64,000 nucleotides of DNA from Dehalococcoidia bacterium (GCA_050011565.1 JBEKIW010000003.1:128001-192000); one strand, 5' to 3'. Shown: positions 48,297 through 59,347, counted from the stretch's first letter. Numbers and translations are program-made. Notes: generated from the sequence alone by a model not told the origin.

Positions 48297-49382
48297 ATGA
48301 GCAAGCGTGCCTTTCTAGTTTTGGAGGATGGCTCCATCTATGAAGGCTATTCCTTTGGAGCTGAAGATACCACCTTTGGCGAAGTTGTCTTCAACACCAG
48401 CATGTCCGGCTACCAGGAGATGCTAACCGACCCTTCTTACGCCGGGCAGATTGTAGTTCCCACATATCCTCTCATCGGCAACTACGGCATCAACCAATTC
48501 GACTTCGAATCCAGGCAGATTCAAGTAAGAGGCTTTGTCGTTAGAGAATATTGCTCCACCCCCAGCCACTGGCAGAGTACCAGCAGCTTACACGAATTTC
48601 TACAAAGCAGCGGCATACCCGGCTTGAGCGGCATAGATACTCGAGCTTTAACCCGCCGCCTCCGCTCAGCCGGGGTTATGATGGGTATACTGTCCTCTGA
48701 GATGACGCCTGAAGAGGCTCTGAGGGAGCTGAAAAACCTGCCCGGTTATGGCTCAATCGATTTCGTCAAAGAAGTCGCTACCGTTAAATCATATCAATGG
48801 GAATTGCCGCCCGATATCACTCAACCTCAGCGCCACATTGTAGTCGTTGACATGGGATTAAAATACAACATCGCCCGCATACTGACTCGACTCGGCTGCT
48901 CGGTGACTGTTGTCCCCTGCACCATGCCTGCGCCGGATATTTTGAAACTAAAACCCGACGGCATTGTTTTATCTCCCGGTCCCGGCGACCCGGCACTTCT
49001 CGACTATCTGATAAAAACGGCCAGAGAGCTTGTCTACCGAAAGCCGGTCATGGGTATCTGTTTGGGACATCAACTGATTGGGCGGGCCTTTGGCGCCGTA
49101 ACATTCAAGCTTAAGTTCGGCCATCGCGGCGGCAACCATCCCGTTTGTGATCTGGCAACGGGCAGAGTCAATATTACAACTCAAAACCACGGCTATGCCG
49201 TGGACGGTGATAGCCTGAAAGGAGGGCTTGAGGTCAGCCAGATAAACTTAAACGACGGTACGGTTGAGGGCTTTCGTCACAAGGAACTTCCTCTCCTATC
49301 CATCCAGTACCACTCCGAAGGCTCCCCCGGCCCTCAGGATAACGTCTACTTGTTCCAACAGTTCCTGGAGATGGTGAGGTAA
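48297..49382 (+). CDS. carA: Carbamoyl-phosphate synthase small subunit
   Basis: [33 protein letters not shown]. Confidence 0.97.
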   Translation: MSKRAFLVLEDGSIYEGYSFGAEDTTFGEVVFNTSMSGYQEMLTDPSYAGQIVVPTYPLIGNYGINQFDFESRQIQVRGFVVREYCSTPSHWQSTSSLHEFLQSSGIPGLSGIDTRALTRRLRSAGVMMGILSSEMTPEEALRELKNLPGYGSIDFVKEVATVKSYQWELPPDITQPQRHIVVVDMGLKYNIARILTRLGCSVTVVPCTMPAPDILKLKPDGIVLSPGPGDPALLDYLIKTARELVYRKPVMGICLGHQLIGRAFGAVTFKLKFGHRGGNHPVCDLATGRVNITTQNHGYAVDGDSLKGGLEVSQINLNDGTVEGFRHKELPLLSIQYHSEGSPGPQDNVYLFQQFLEMVR

Positions 49383-52300
49383 TGGGGAAGTCTAAAATCT
49401 CAAAGGTACTGGTCATCGGGTCGGGGCCGATAATCATCGGGCAGGCGGCCGAGTTCGACTACGCCGGCACTCAGGCCTGTAAATCGCTACGTGAGGAAGG
49501 CGTGACCACAGTGCTGGTGAACTCAAATCCGGCGACTATTATGACCGATGAGGGTATCGCTGACATCGTTTACATCGAGCCATTAACCGTTGAAGTCATA
49601 GCCCGCATAATCGAGCGGGAACGTCCAGACGGGCTGCTGCCGACCCTCGGCGGGCAAACAGGGCTTAACCTGGCCGTAGAGCTTGCCGATGCCGGCGTGC
49701 TTGATAAGTATGGTGTCCGGTTACTGGGAACACCGCTGGAGACAATCAAGAAGGCTGAGGAGAGGTCTCTATTCAAACAACTGATAATTGACATCGGTGA
49801 GCCGGTGCCTGATAGCGCCACGGTGAATTCCGTTGCGCAAGCGAAAGAGCTAGCCAGAACCATCGGTTTACCTCTGATAGTCCGCCCGTCGTATACCCTA
49901 GGCGGAACCGGCGGCGGCATTGTTAATACCATGGAAGAACTGGAGACTATCGCGTCGGGCGGTTTAGCCTCAAGCCTGACCCACGAGGTACTGGTGGAAA
50001 GGTGCCTCCTCGGCTGGAAAGAAATCGAGTATGAGGTAATGCGGGATGCCGCCGATAACTGTATAACTGTGTGCAATATGGAGAACATCGACCCCATGGG
50101 AGTGCACACCGGCGATAGTATCGTGGTTGCTCCAAGCCAGACCCTAACCGACAAAGAATATCAAATGTTAAGGTCGGCCAGCCTGAAAATAATCAGGGCC
50201 CTGGGCATCGAAGGCGGCTGCAACATCCAGTTCGCCTTGACCCCCAGTCCGGTAGTAGCTCAAAAATGGGCGCCGGACCAGTTAAATATAAACAAAAGCC
50301 AGTACTATATTATTGAGGTAAATCCTCGCGTCAGCCGCAGCTCGGCCCTGGCCAGCAAGGCCACCGGCTATCCTATCGCCCGCGTGGCGGCCAAGATAGC
50401 TATGGGCAAGAGACTGGATGAAATTCTCAACCGGGTAACAGGTAAGACAAAAGCAGCCTTCGAGCCAGCCCTGGACTACTGCGTGGTGAAAATCCCACGC
50501 TGGCCGTTCGACAAGTTCGCCCTGGGAGACCGCAGGCTGGGCAGCCAGATGAAAGCTACCGGCGAAGTCATGGCAATCGACCGCTGTTTCGAAGCTGCTC
50601 TCCAGAAAGCAGTTCGCTCCCTTGAATTCGGTAAGAAATCACTTCTCTGGGAAGACAGGAGCTGGGGCAAAGGCACAGACCTCGATTCTTACCCGCTACA
50701 CCCCAACGACCTGCGGCTGTGGGCAATTATGGCAGCGCTGAGACGCGGAGTAGGCTACGAACAGGTAGCGCAACATACCGGCATCGACCCGTGGTTCATC
50801 AGCAAATTGCTCAACATAGTAGACATGGAGAAAAGGCTTCTTGCCGAACCATTGACGCCTGAATTTCTATGGCAGGCAAAACGCCTTGGCTTTTCCGATG
50901 AGCAAATCGGGACTTTAGCCGATAGATTGCCGGAGCGAGTCCGCCAACTGCGGCATAACTGGCAAATATGCCCGGTCTACAAGATGGTAGATACCTGCGC
51001 CGCCGAATTCGATGCGGAAACGCCTTATTTTTACAGCGCCTATGAAAAAGAAAACGAGGCCGAGCCGATACCTGACAAAAAGGCTGTAGTCATCGGCAGC
51101 GGTCCTATTCGCATAGGCCAGGGCATAGAGTTCGACTACTGCTCCGTTCATTCCGCCTGGGCGCTTCAAGAGGCAGGCATCAAGAGCATCATGGTGAATT
51201 CCAACCCTGAAACGGTGTCCACGGACTTCGATACCAGCGACCGTCTTTACTTCGAAGCTTTAGACGAGGAAAGCCTGCGTGACATTCTTGAAAATGAAAG
51301 TGCGGTAGCTAAAAATAACATTATTCCGCCCTCAATTGTTCAATTTGGTGGTCAAACTGCCATCAACCTGACTGAGGCCCTGGCCCGCAGCAATATGCCC
51401 ATAATCGGCTCCACCGCAGAAACCATCGATATAGCTGAAGACCGTCGTCGATTTGAAGATTTCCTCAATCGTTTAGGCATACCTCAGCCGCCGGGAGCCG
51501 GCGTGACTTCTTTAGAAGAAGGTATTAAGACGGCTAAATCCCTCAGTTATCCGGTGCTGGTTCGGCCGAGTTATGTTCTTGGCGGCAGGGCTATGGAAAT
51601 CGTGCACAACGAGGAGGAACTGGTCCGTTACATGTCGCTGGCCCTGGAGATGGACAGTCAACACCCGACGTTGATTGATAAGTATTTCGAAGGCAAAGAG
51701 GTAGAAGTGGACGCCGTCAGCGATGGGAAAGATGTCCTCATCCCGGGAGTAATGGAACATATAGAACGTGCCGGGGTTCATAGCGGCGATTCTATAGCTG
51801 TTTATCCGGCACAGAACCTTACCAAAGACGAGGTAAACACCATCGTTGATTACACAATAAGAATCGGGCAGGCGCTCCAGGTAAAAGGTCTAATGAACAT
51901 ACAGCTCGTCGTTATGCGGGGTGAGCAAAATGGTTCACCCTCAGTATATGTACTGGAAGTAAATCCGCGTGCCAGCCGAACCATACCGTTCATTTCTAAG
52001 GTTACGGGCGTGCCCATGGTCCGAATCGCCACCAAGGTAATGTTAGGCATAGGGTTGAAAAAGCAGGGTTATACGACAGGTTTGTGGAAAAAGCAGAAAC
52101 TTGTAGGCATAAAAGCTCCCGTTTTCTCCATGGCCAAACTGATGGGCGTAGATACCTATCTCGGCCCCGAGATGAAGTCGACCGGCGAGGTTATGGGAAT
52201 TGACTACACCTTTGAAGCGGCTTTGACCAAGGCACTAATCGCCGCCGGCCTTATGCTGGCACCTCAGGGTAATCTATTATTCAGCATCGCCAACCAAAAT

Positions 52301-52672
52301 AAAGCCGAAGCTTTACCCATAATAGAAGGCTTTTATTCTATTGGCTACCATCTTTTCGCCACGGAAGGGACGGCGGCTATGATCAAAAAATCGGGTATGA
52401 AAGTAAAGAAGATCGGCAAGAAGTTAGGCGAAGGCCATCCCAATGTGGTTGATATTATCAATGACGGCTCTGTAACCGGAGTAGTCAATACGGCTACGGG
52501 CGGTCGTGTTCCGCTGCAAGACGGTTTTCATATCCGGCGAGCTGCTACCGAAATGCGTATCCCTTGTTTTACATCGCTCGATACCGCTCGCATAGTTTTA
52601 AAAGCGCTATCCAGCGGTATCCGGAACTTCAACGTGAAACCGTTACAAGAGTATTTGTCAGGACCGAGTTAA
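49382..52672 (+). CDS. carB: Carbamoyl-phosphate synthase large subunit
   Basis: [30 protein letters not shown], second ATP-grasp, MGS domain. Confidence 0.98.
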   Translation: MGKSKISKVLVIGSGPIIIGQAAEFDYAGTQACKSLREEGVTTVLVNSNPATIMTDEGIADIVYIEPLTVEVIARIIERERPDGLLPTLGGQTGLNLAVELADAGVLDKYGVRLLGTPLETIKKAEERSLFKQLIIDIGEPVPDSATVNSVAQAKELARTIGLPLIVRPSYTLGGTGGGIVNTMEELETIASGGLASSLTHEVLVERCLLGWKEIEYEVMRDAADNCITVCNMENIDPMGVHTGDSIVVAPSQTLTDKEYQMLRSASLKIIRALGIEGGCNIQFALTPSPVVAQKWAPDQLNINKSQYYIIEVNPRVSRSSALASKATGYPIARVAAKIAMGKRLDEILNRVTGKTKAAFEPALDYCVVKIPRWPFDKFALGDRRLGSQMKATGEVMAIDRCFEAALQKAVRSLEFGKKSLLWEDRSWGKGTDLDSYPLHPNDLRLWAIMAALRRGVGYEQVAQHTGIDPWFISKLLNIVDMEKRLLAEPLTPEFLWQAKRLGFSDEQIGTLADRLPERVRQLRHNWQICPVYKMVDTCAAEFDAETPYFYSAYEKENEAEPIPDKKAVVIGSGPIRIGQGIEFDYCSVHSAWALQEAGIKSIMVNSNPETVSTDFDTSDRLYFEALDEESLRDILENESAVAKNNIIPPSIVQFGGQTAINLTEALARSNMPIIGSTAETIDIAEDRRRFEDFLNRLGIPQPPGAGVTSLEEGIKTAKSLSYPVLVRPSYVLGGRAMEIVHNEEELVRYMSLALEMDSQHPTLIDKYFEGKEVEVDAVSDGKDVLIPGVMEHIERAGVHSGDSIAVYPAQNLTKDEVNTIVDYTIRIGQALQVKGLMNIQLVVMRGEQNGSPSVYVLEVNPRASRTIPFISKVTGVPMVRIATKVMLGIGLKKQGYTTGLWKKQKLVGIKAPVFSMAKLMGVDTYLGPEMKSTGEVMGIDYTFEAALTKALIAAGLMLAPQGNLLFSIANQNKAEALPIIEGFYSIGYHLFATEGTAAMIKKSGMKVKKIGKKLGEGHPNVVDIINDGSVTGVVNTATGGRVPLQDGFHIRRAATEMRIPCFTSLDTARIVLKALSSGIRNFNVKPLQEYLSGPS

Positions 52673-52713
52673 TCACAGTCTTCAGAAGCAGACAGCTTCT
52701 AAATTTCCCATTT

Positions 52714-52766
52714 TTGACTTTTAATTTGTTCTTTTGACTTTTGGTCTTTAACTTTTGACTTTCGTT
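52714..52766. repeat. T-rich dispersed repeat, copy 2
   Basis: Aligns with 5691-5743. Confidence 0.7.
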
Positions 52767-52832
52767 GGGGCATTCTGTTTTTACCGCGGAGATAGTATAA
52801 TACATATAATTTGTATTGAGGATACACAGCAT

Positions 52833-53840
52833 ATGATTTCTGCTGCCGGCGCCGATACCGAAAAAAAGGTCATGATGATTCTCAAGGTCTTGAAAGAATC
52901 TTATGAACCATTGGGGTCAATCGCCATAGCCCGGAAACTTGAAGAACGTGGACTGTCCATGAATGAGCGGACAGTTAGATACCACCTGAAAATCACAGAT
53001 GAGAGGGGCTACACCCAGCCGCTGGGTCGAGACGGCCGAATGATTACTCCGCGTGGACTAGAAGAGCTGCGGGCCGCTCTGGCGCCCGACCAACTCGGCT
53101 TCATCCTGGAAAAACTCGAGCTCTTAGCCTTCAATACTACCTTTGACCCGAAAACACGAACCGGTCTATTTCCCATCAACACCTCTCTCTTTGACAAAAA
53201 GGTTTTCCCCAAGGCCGTCGAAGCTATGAAAGGTGCCTTCAAAACCGGCCTGTGTGTCAGTCAATTAGTTGCCATTGCCACTGAAGGTCAGAAGCTTGGT
53301 GATGTGGTTATCCCGGATGGCAAAGTAGGTCTGGCCACTGTCTGCAGCGTCATCGTAAACGGTGTATTACTGAAACACGGCGTTCCCGTGGATTCCAGAT
53401 TTGGTGGAGTGCTCGAAATCAAAGACTTCAAACCAAAACGCTTTGTGGCTATTATCAACTACGGCGGCACATCGCTGGACCCGTCCGAGCAGTATATTCG
53501 TGCCAAGATGACGAGTGTGAGCGAGGTGGCTAAAACCGGTAACGGCAAGATACTGGCTAATTTCCGCGAGTTGCCGGCACCGGCAAGGCCGATTGTGGAA
53601 CAGGTTATCGCGGAACTGAAGGAAGTCGGTATGAATGGCGTTTATGCTCTAGGCAACACCAGCGAGCCCGTTTGCCAGATTTCAGTCGGCACTAACCGCA
53701 TGGGAATGGCACTATTGGGTGGGCTGAATCCCGTAGCCGCCGCAGTGGAAGCGGGTATCGAAGTTGATAATGTGGCCGAAAGCGGCATGATTGATTATCA
53801 ACAGCTAGTCAGCTTCTTGGAACTACCTCACAAATCTTAA
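52833..53840 (+). CDS. nrpR: NrpR-family nitrogen regulator, copy 2
   Basis: ERTVRYHLKITDERG, GLATVCS, DSRFGG, GGLNPVAAAVE; start at MISAAG after GAGG. Confidence 0.85.
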   Translation: MISAAGADTEKKVMMILKVLKESYEPLGSIAIARKLEERGLSMNERTVRYHLKITDERGYTQPLGRDGRMITPRGLEELRAALAPDQLGFILEKLELLAFNTTFDPKTRTGLFPINTSLFDKKVFPKAVEAMKGAFKTGLCVSQLVAIATEGQKLGDVVIPDGKVGLATVCSVIVNGVLLKHGVPVDSRFGGVLEIKDFKPKRFVAIINYGGTSLDPSEQYIRAKMTSVSEVAKTGNGKILANFRELPAPARPIVEQVIAELKEVGMNGVYALGNTSEPVCQISVGTNRMGMALLGGLNPVAAAVEAGIEVDNVAESGMIDYQQLVSFLELPHKS

Positions 53841-53921
53841 GCCCGATTTTTGCTCAAATAATTATATATCCCTGGCACTTCCGACAATCTCTTTGACTTC
53901 CCGGTAATTGATTGTCTTTGA

Positions 53922-54122
53922 CTAAAGAGTCCCGGTAAATAAGCCAACGACTCCACCGATAGCTGCGGCCAGTCCCAGTACCATCCAGGCTGCGCCGAAC
54001 CACCAGAACTGCCGGGCAAAAGTTTTCTGCCTTTTAGGTTTGAGAGTAATCTGGGCCTGAAAATAAAGTGTCATCCCTATGCCAAAAATGGCCACCCCAA
54101 AGGCAATGATTGCATAAGCCAT
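53922..54122 (-). CDS. Small two-TM membrane protein
   Basis: AGGAGG SD before MAYAII; two hydrophobic segments. Confidence 0.65.
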   Translation of the reverse strand: MAYAIIAFGVAIFGIGMTLYFQAQITLKPKRQKTFARQFWWFGAAWMVLGLAAAIGGVVGLFTGTL

Positions 54123-54254
54123 GTTCACCTCCTGCAGCTCAAGTACGCCGCAGACCTTCCCCGTCAACATCAATCACAGCCAGTTGATGAAAACCTGGCT
54201 ATTAAAGGAGCTTATTAAATGCAATCACCCTGTTACTAATAACGGCAGCCCAGG

Positions 54255-54710
54255 CTAAAACCAACCGAAATAGTGGCCGATAGCGATAACCCCCTGGATA
54301 ATGAAGGCGATAGCTATCACTATGTTAATTATGGCCGGGAAAATAAATATGATGATGCCCAGGACCACGAGGATAATACCGGTGATAAGCCCTGCTGTTA
54401 CTACGGCGAAACCGGCCGAGAAGATAGTTATCAGGCCGATTATGATCAGGTAAGCGGCCACAAGGTAGTTGAGAATCCTGGGGAAAATCATTACCACGAT
54501 GCCGAAGAGAAGAGACAGGATGCCAATCAAAAGGCTACCACCCAAAATGCTGAATATTCCGAATAGGATGAGGGCGATGCCCACCAGATAGTTGAGAATG
54601 CGGGGGAAAATCAAAATGAGGATACCAAACAGGATTGCTATAATCCCCCCAATTAGGCCAACAATTGGGAATCCCAGGTTGAAGCTGAACGGTAGACTGA
54701 TTGCGAACAT
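54255..54710 (-). CDS. Membrane protein with three DUF3096-like repeats
   Basis: GILILIFPRILNYLVG / GIVVMIFPRILNYLVA / GIIIFIFPAIINIVIA. Confidence 0.8.
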   Translation of the reverse strand: MFAISLPFSFNLGFPIVGLIGGIIAILFGILILIFPRILNYLVGIALILFGIFSILGGSLLIGILSLLFGIVVMIFPRILNYLVAAYLIIIGLITIFSAGFAVVTAGLITGIILVVLGIIIFIFPAIINIVIAIAFIIQGVIAIGHYFGWF

Positions 54711-55013
54711 GTGATTACACCTCCTTTATTTTTTATGCCAAATGTTCACCAATGAGCCAAAAATAATCATAGACCTAACAATATCAAAAACTCATAAAAT
54801 TGTAAACCGAAAGAATTAAATAGTCGTAGCATTTAAAAATTAGAGCCCCATATTATATTAAAGGACGGCGCTCGGTCTTACGAGTGGAGTTCAACACCGA
54901 TATACCACTAAATACAATTACCGTTACGCCCCCACCCAACAATTATAACATGCAATTATGCTTTGGGGAATAGGATTGGTGAATAAATTTTAGAAGCTAC
55001 TGAAGCAAATGGC

Positions 55014-55088
55014 TGGAGCCAGCGGTCAGAGTCGAACTGACGACCGGCGGTTTACGAAACCGCTGCTCTACCACTGAGCTACGCTGGC
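55014..55088 (-). tRNA. tRNA-Thr(CGT)
   Basis: GCCAGCG-TAGCTCAGTGGTAGAGC-AGCGGTTT-CGT-AAACCGC...GTTCGACTC...CGCTGGC-TCCA; CCA encoded. Confidence 0.97.
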
Positions 55089-55134
55089 CCGCAAAGCTAA
55101 CTTTCAAAAAGTTGGTGTTAAATTGACGTTATTT

Positions 55135-55281
55135 TTAAGACACCCCCGGTGGTAACAGTTCGTCCAGTAACGCCATAGCATCGCTCTGCATTCCCTCAAT
55201 TATATGGAAGTAAGTGTCCATTGTAAACGCCATGATGGAGTGTCCTGGAGCCTCACTGATAATTTTTGGCTTTGCTCCTCC
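55135..55281 (-). pseudogene. C-terminal remnant of a tyrosine recombinase/integrase
   Basis: Reads GAKPKIISEAPGHSIMAFTMDTYFHIIEGMQSDAMALLDELLPPGVS*, matching box II (LGH...T..Y.H). Confidence 0.8.
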
Positions 55282-55383
55282 ATAAATGTCATAACTATGT
55301 AACAAATGCACGCCAAATTATACTACTATTCCATTCTGAGCTTGCTATTATTACTTATATAACAAGCGAAGGAGGTAAATGTC

Positions 55384-55569
55384 ATGTCAGCAAAATTTGA
55401 GGTGTATAAGGATAAAAAGGGCGAATTCCGCTGGAAGCTCCGTGCTGCGAACGGGCAAGAATTCGCTTGCTCGGGTGAGGGTTATACGTCCAAAGAGAAC
55501 GCGAAAGCTGGAATCGAGGCTGTTAAGAAGAATGCTCCGACAGCCATAATTGAAGACCGGACCGTCTAA
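55384..55569 (+). CDS. YegP/DUF1508 family protein
   Basis: KFEVYKDKKGEFRWKLRAANG...GEGYTSK..AKAGIEAVKKNA. Confidence 0.9.
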   Translation: MSAKFEVYKDKKGEFRWKLRAANGQEFACSGEGYTSKENAKAGIEAVKKNAPTAIIEDRTV

Positions 55570-55720
55570 TAAGAGTTTCAACTTAAACCATTCTTTATAT
55601 ACATATTTTAATTAGAGTAGGAGAAATAGATGATACATGTATTGCTTTAAATGCCGCAGCTTCCTACCACTGTTAAAATAGCCGTGATTTAAAACGTAAT
55701 TGATAAAAAAGGAGGTAGTT

Positions 55721-55870
55721 ATGAATATCTTATTAATCATTGGTATTATTCTCTTAGTTTTGTGGTTGCTAGGTTTATTTGCTCTCCCCTCTTTGGGCGG
55801 ACTGGTCTATATCGCACTTGTTATTGGGATTATTCTAATAATTATCTGGCTGGTACGAAGAGTAAGATAG
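55721..55870 (+). CDS. lmo0937/DUF5670-like small membrane protein (49 aa)
   Basis: Below the ORF-track cutoff; AGGAGG SD; MNILLIIGIILLVLWLLGLF...GGLVYIALVIGIILIIIWLVRRVR. Confidence 0.8.
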   Translation: MNILLIIGIILLVLWLLGLFALPSLGGLVYIALVIGIILIIIWLVRRVR

Positions 55871-56176
55871 GCCACACTGGTGGCAGCGGTAGCGGGCGCC
55901 ACGCTGGACGGCAGGGCGTTGGCATGTATTGCCGCGGTTACCTTAGACTCCAATGCCGTTACCAAGCCTGCCCCGTAAGGTAAAAGGTATTCGGTGTGAA
56001 AGCAGGACAAGTTAGAAATATGAGAAGCTCTTCATTATCTGGCTGGTGCAGCGAGTGAGAATTAGAAAGTAAAAGCGTTTGAGCACCGTCGATTCTTAAT
56101 TTGGCTTAGCGATTTACTTAACTTTACTCCTTTGATTCTCTTTGGTTTTGAGGTAGGCCTGTCTACTGATTAGCCT

Positions 56177-56698
56177 CTATTTTGTTTTATCCTTTTCTAA
56201 ATGAGCCAATATTTTTAAGATGAGTTTATTTTGGTTTTCTAGATGCATAAGAATAGCTTCAACTTCCCTCTCTGCCTTGGTGTTTACATCGAAGTCAGCT
56301 TCGGCTCTTTTTTCAGCATGGCGGCCCTGAAGATTTTGTCCCACCATGATTAAAGGCATCAAAAAGATCTGAATCATGTTTGAAATAAAGAGCCAGAGGG
56401 CAAAAGCTGGAAGTGGGTCGAATCTTAAGCTATGTGGCGCGATAAGATTCCAACTCAGCCAGAACACCGTCCAGAAAAAAATAATAAGAAAGAATCCCAT
56501 CGTCCCAACGCGGTCGGTAATCCAAATAGCGAGTCTATCAAGAGTTGTTAAACTTCTCTTATGCTCGATATTAATATTTCGTAGCGGCTTCCTTAACTTT
56601 TTCAACTCTTGCACAGTTAATAAATGCGATTTATGAGATACCTTTGGATCGCTGGATGCCAAATCAGAATTTTCGATTTTTTTATTTCTGTTCACCAT
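56177..56698 (-). CDS. DUF1003 family membrane protein
   Basis: DRLAIWITDRVGT, FDPLP, PLIMVGQN, AEADFDVNTKAERE. Confidence 0.85.
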   Translation of the reverse strand: MVNRNKKIENSDLASSDPKVSHKSHLLTVQELKKLRKPLRNINIEHKRSLTTLDRLAIWITDRVGTMGFFLIIFFWTVFWLSWNLIAPHSLRFDPLPAFALWLFISNMIQIFLMPLIMVGQNLQGRHAEKRAEADFDVNTKAEREVEAILMHLENQNKLILKILAHLEKDKTK

Positions 56699-56804
56699 TC
56701 TTAAATCCCCCTTCTGTATTTTCCTTTTGTAGTTTAAATTCAGAACTACCTTCTTGCCTCTTCTAGCCCTGCTCTGCTAATCTGCGACAATGGCTGTCTT
56801 CATC

Positions 56805-57554
56805 TTAACCTGTAGATTTGGGTGGCCTGGCAGCCAAGAGCGTGCGGACTTCTTCAGGGGTTAGCTCACGCGCGGCGCTTTCCTTGAGGTTTCCCAGATT
56901 CAGGTTTCCCATCCTTATGCGCTTGATGGCCAGGACCTGATAACCGAGATTTGCCAGCATGCGGCGCACCTGCCGCTTCCTGCCCTCGTGCGTGATTATG
57001 CTGTAATTAAACGGCGGCGGCGATTTTATCTCTTTGAGAACGACGGGATAGGTCATGCCATCCTCGAGCTCAAAACCCTTTTCCAGCTTTCTTTTCTCGT
57101 CGTGCTTGAGCACGCCGCCAATATGAATCAGGTACTCTTTCTCATGCTCGAACCTGGGGTGCGTAAGACGGTAGGTAAGCTCGCCGTCGTTACTCAACAG
57201 CAAAAGCCCGGTGCTGTCTTTATCCAGTCGCCCCACGGGATATAACCTCAGGTGTCGATATTTTCCAGGCAGGATATCCAGCACCGTCCTGCGACCTCTC
57301 TCATCGCTGGTGGTAGTTATAATGCCCGCCGGCTTGTTGACCATAAGATAAACTGTACGCCTGGGCTTGAGATCAACCGGTTTGCCATTTATCGAGACGC
57401 GGTCGGTCTCCAGATTCACCGGATGACGGAAGTTCTCAACCGGCTCGCCGTTCACTTGTACCCGGCCATTTTTTATGGCATCGGCTATCCGCCTCCTGGA
57501 GCCAACCCCAGCCTCAGTCAGAGCTTTCAACAGCGGGATTGATGGTGCATTCAT
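56805..57554 (-). CDS. rRNA pseudouridine synthase, RsuA/RluB family
   Basis: S4 domain, NKPAG, PVGRLDKDSTGLLLL, EGRKRQVRRM. Confidence 0.93.
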   Translation of the reverse strand: MNAPSIPLLKALTEAGVGSRRRIADAIKNGRVQVNGEPVENFRHPVNLETDRVSINGKPVDLKPRRTVYLMVNKPAGIITTTSDERGRRTVLDILPGKYRHLRLYPVGRLDKDSTGLLLLSNDGELTYRLTHPRFEHEKEYLIHIGGVLKHDEKRKLEKGFELEDGMTYPVVLKEIKSPPPFNYSIITHEGRKRQVRRMLANLGYQVLAIKRIRMGNLNLGNLKESAARELTPEEVRTLLAARPPKSTG

Positions 57555-57613
57555 TACTTACACGGCTAGGTTAACCCAATAAACTGATATACGTCAACTT
57601 GGATATTTTAGAT

Positions 57614-57641
57614 GAGATTCTTCACTGCGCTCAGAATGACA
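57614..57641. repeat. GAGATTCTTCACTGCGCTCAGAATGACA palindromic repeat, copy 1
   Basis: Near-identical copy at 60531-60557. Confidence 0.75.
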
Positions 57642-57738
57642 TAAATGAAATACTGGACATTCTCAGGCTCTTGTGGTAAATAGTATTAGGAACTGGGACA
57701 ACAACCACATCCGAAATAATTGAACAAGGAGGTAACAA

Positions 57739-58068
57739 ATGCAAAAAACATGGATGCCAATGGTGGCCGGAATACTGGACATAGTCGCTGGCAGCTTGGG
57801 CATAATACTGGCTATTGCACTTATTTTTGTGGGTGTCCTCATGCGATTTGTACCGGACGTCCCCCCATATTTATTTCCGATTTTCACCGCGCTGTCTTTA
57901 CCATTTGCTATTGTCGGGATACTGGCTATTGTAGGCGGCATCTACGCTCTAAGAAAGAAAATATGGGGATTGGCACTGGCCGGCTCCATCGCTGCCTTCT
58001 TTCCTTGCTGGATTCTGGGGCTAACAGCTATCGTATTAACAGTACTATCGAAGAAAGAGTTCGACTAG
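57739..58068 (+). CDS. Small multi-TM membrane protein
   Basis: AGGAGG SD; hydrophobic; GGIYALRKKIWGLALAGSI. Confidence 0.75.
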   Translation: MQKTWMPMVAGILDIVAGSLGIILAIALIFVGVLMRFVPDVPPYLFPIFTALSLPFAIVGILAIVGGIYALRKKIWGLALAGSIAAFFPCWILGLTAIVLTVLSKKEFD

Positions 58069-58084
58069 CTGTTTAGGCAACTGA

Positions 58085-59347
58085 CTATTTATGCCAGAGC
58101 TGCATGTGCTGTCTCTGCGCTTTGGTCACTATTCCTTTAGAAAAGTTTTTATCGTAGAAATCCAGGTCTAAATGATGGACCTGCAGCCAGACCGGCAGCG
58201 ACTTGGTATCGGTGGTGGCTGGAAATCTGCCGTAGGTCTCATAGACATAAGTGCAGATTGCCTTGACTTGGTCTATAGACGTCTTTGATGGAATATTGAA
58301 GTCCGACTGAATCGCCTTCCAGTCTTTGAATGAGGTGGTTCCTTTATATTCAGCAGTATGCGTACCACCGCCGCCGAACTTCTTCTCGACGAAGGCGTCC
58401 ACAGCCTCATTCATATCTTTGTAATAAGGCGGGCAGTAGGCTTCGAAAATTTTATCAAGACCGACTGGATTAGGCCTTCCATCTTTCCCTATCTGGGCTT
58501 GGAAACCGAGCCCTTTGCTCATCGGCGTGATGCCCAGCATTATCTGTCCGGTGTAGCCACCGAACATCACCGAGCCCAGCCCCATGGCTTCGGCAACAAG
58601 ATGTATATTCTCCAGTATAAGATACGCCGGAGCCAGGTCGCTCAGCATCAGGCTATTTTCAAATGACGCCAGAGGAACCTGCGGACCCTTCAACTTACCG
58701 GCATCAATCCACTCCTGCAGCCCCGCTGACTGCCCTTTCATATCATCGAAGACTTTGTATCCATAGCCTTCGACTTCGAAGATAGCCAGTAAAAAGTTAA
58801 TATACTCTTCCGACTGGTCGATAATGGGGATGAAAACGGTGGTACCCGGCTGGTTAGTATTCCAGTGCATTACGCCTAACAGGGCTCTGGGCACAAACTC
58901 CACCCTTTCATCCAGAACCTTAGTGCAATCCTCTTTATAGTAGGTCATTATCCTTTCGCGGTCGGCTTCGGTGTCTATTTCCACAGGCTTAGTCGCCTTT
59001 TTCGGGTCATAGACAAAGGTGCCGTTGTCGTTGGTAAAGAACAGCTTAGTATTATGGACATTACTGGGATAAGGAGTAGCTCTGCCTACCCAGGTGCCGA
59101 AGGCGCTGCCGCCGATTTTCGTGGAAAGGTCGCCGGTGATGCTGCCCGTTATGCCGGCTCCCGACCAGCAAAGTATGGCTGTTTCGATGTCATTCAGCGG
59201 TACAGGTGGTTTCTTGGAGGCGTACTGCATGGCGCCCTCGGGCAAGGTGCAACCCAGTGGAAATCTTCGTGACCTCCGGCGGGCTATGGCTTCCAGAATA
59301 GGGTATTTAAAAACCTGCTTTACTTCGTTTCTGTCAGCTAACCCCAT
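58085..59347 (-). CDS. Conserved hypothetical protein, probable nitroreductase-like fold
   Basis: RRRSRRF near the N-terminus; ENIHLVAEAMGLGS near the C-terminal third. Confidence 0.65.
   Translation of the reverse strand: MGLADRNEVKQVFKYPILEAIARRRSRRFPLGCTLPEGAMQYASKKPPVPLNDIETAILCWSGAGITGSITGDLSTKIGGSAFGTWVGRATPYPSNVHNTKLFFTNDNGTFVYDPKKATKPVEIDTEADRERIMTYYKEDCTKVLDERVEFVPRALLGVMHWNTNQPGTTVFIPIIDQSEEYINFLLAIFEVEGYGYKVFDDMKGQSAGLQEWIDAGKLKGPQVPLASFENSLMLSDLAPAYLILENIHLVAEAMGLGSVMFGGYTGQIMLGITPMSKGLGFQAQIGKDGRPNPVGLDKIFEAYCPPYYKDMNEAVDAFVEKKFGGGGTHTAEYKGTTSFKDWKAIQSDFNIPSKTSIDQVKAICTYVYETYGRFPATTDTKSLPVWLQVHHLDLDFYDKNFSKGIVTKAQRQHMQLWHK

Noticed and set aside
50240-50300. Short insertion in CarB ([18 protein letters not shown])
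   Set aside because: It is a small loop insertion at a variable position and the frame is intact.
52629-52832. Lys-rich minus-strand ORF (SQKLKTKSQK...)
   Set aside because: It is the translation of the T-rich repeat, with no SD and an overlap with carB.
55100-58000. Intact prophage or genomic island at tRNA-Thr
   Set aside because: Only an integrase C-terminal fragment remains; I found no att duplicate or phage/conjugation genes in the window.
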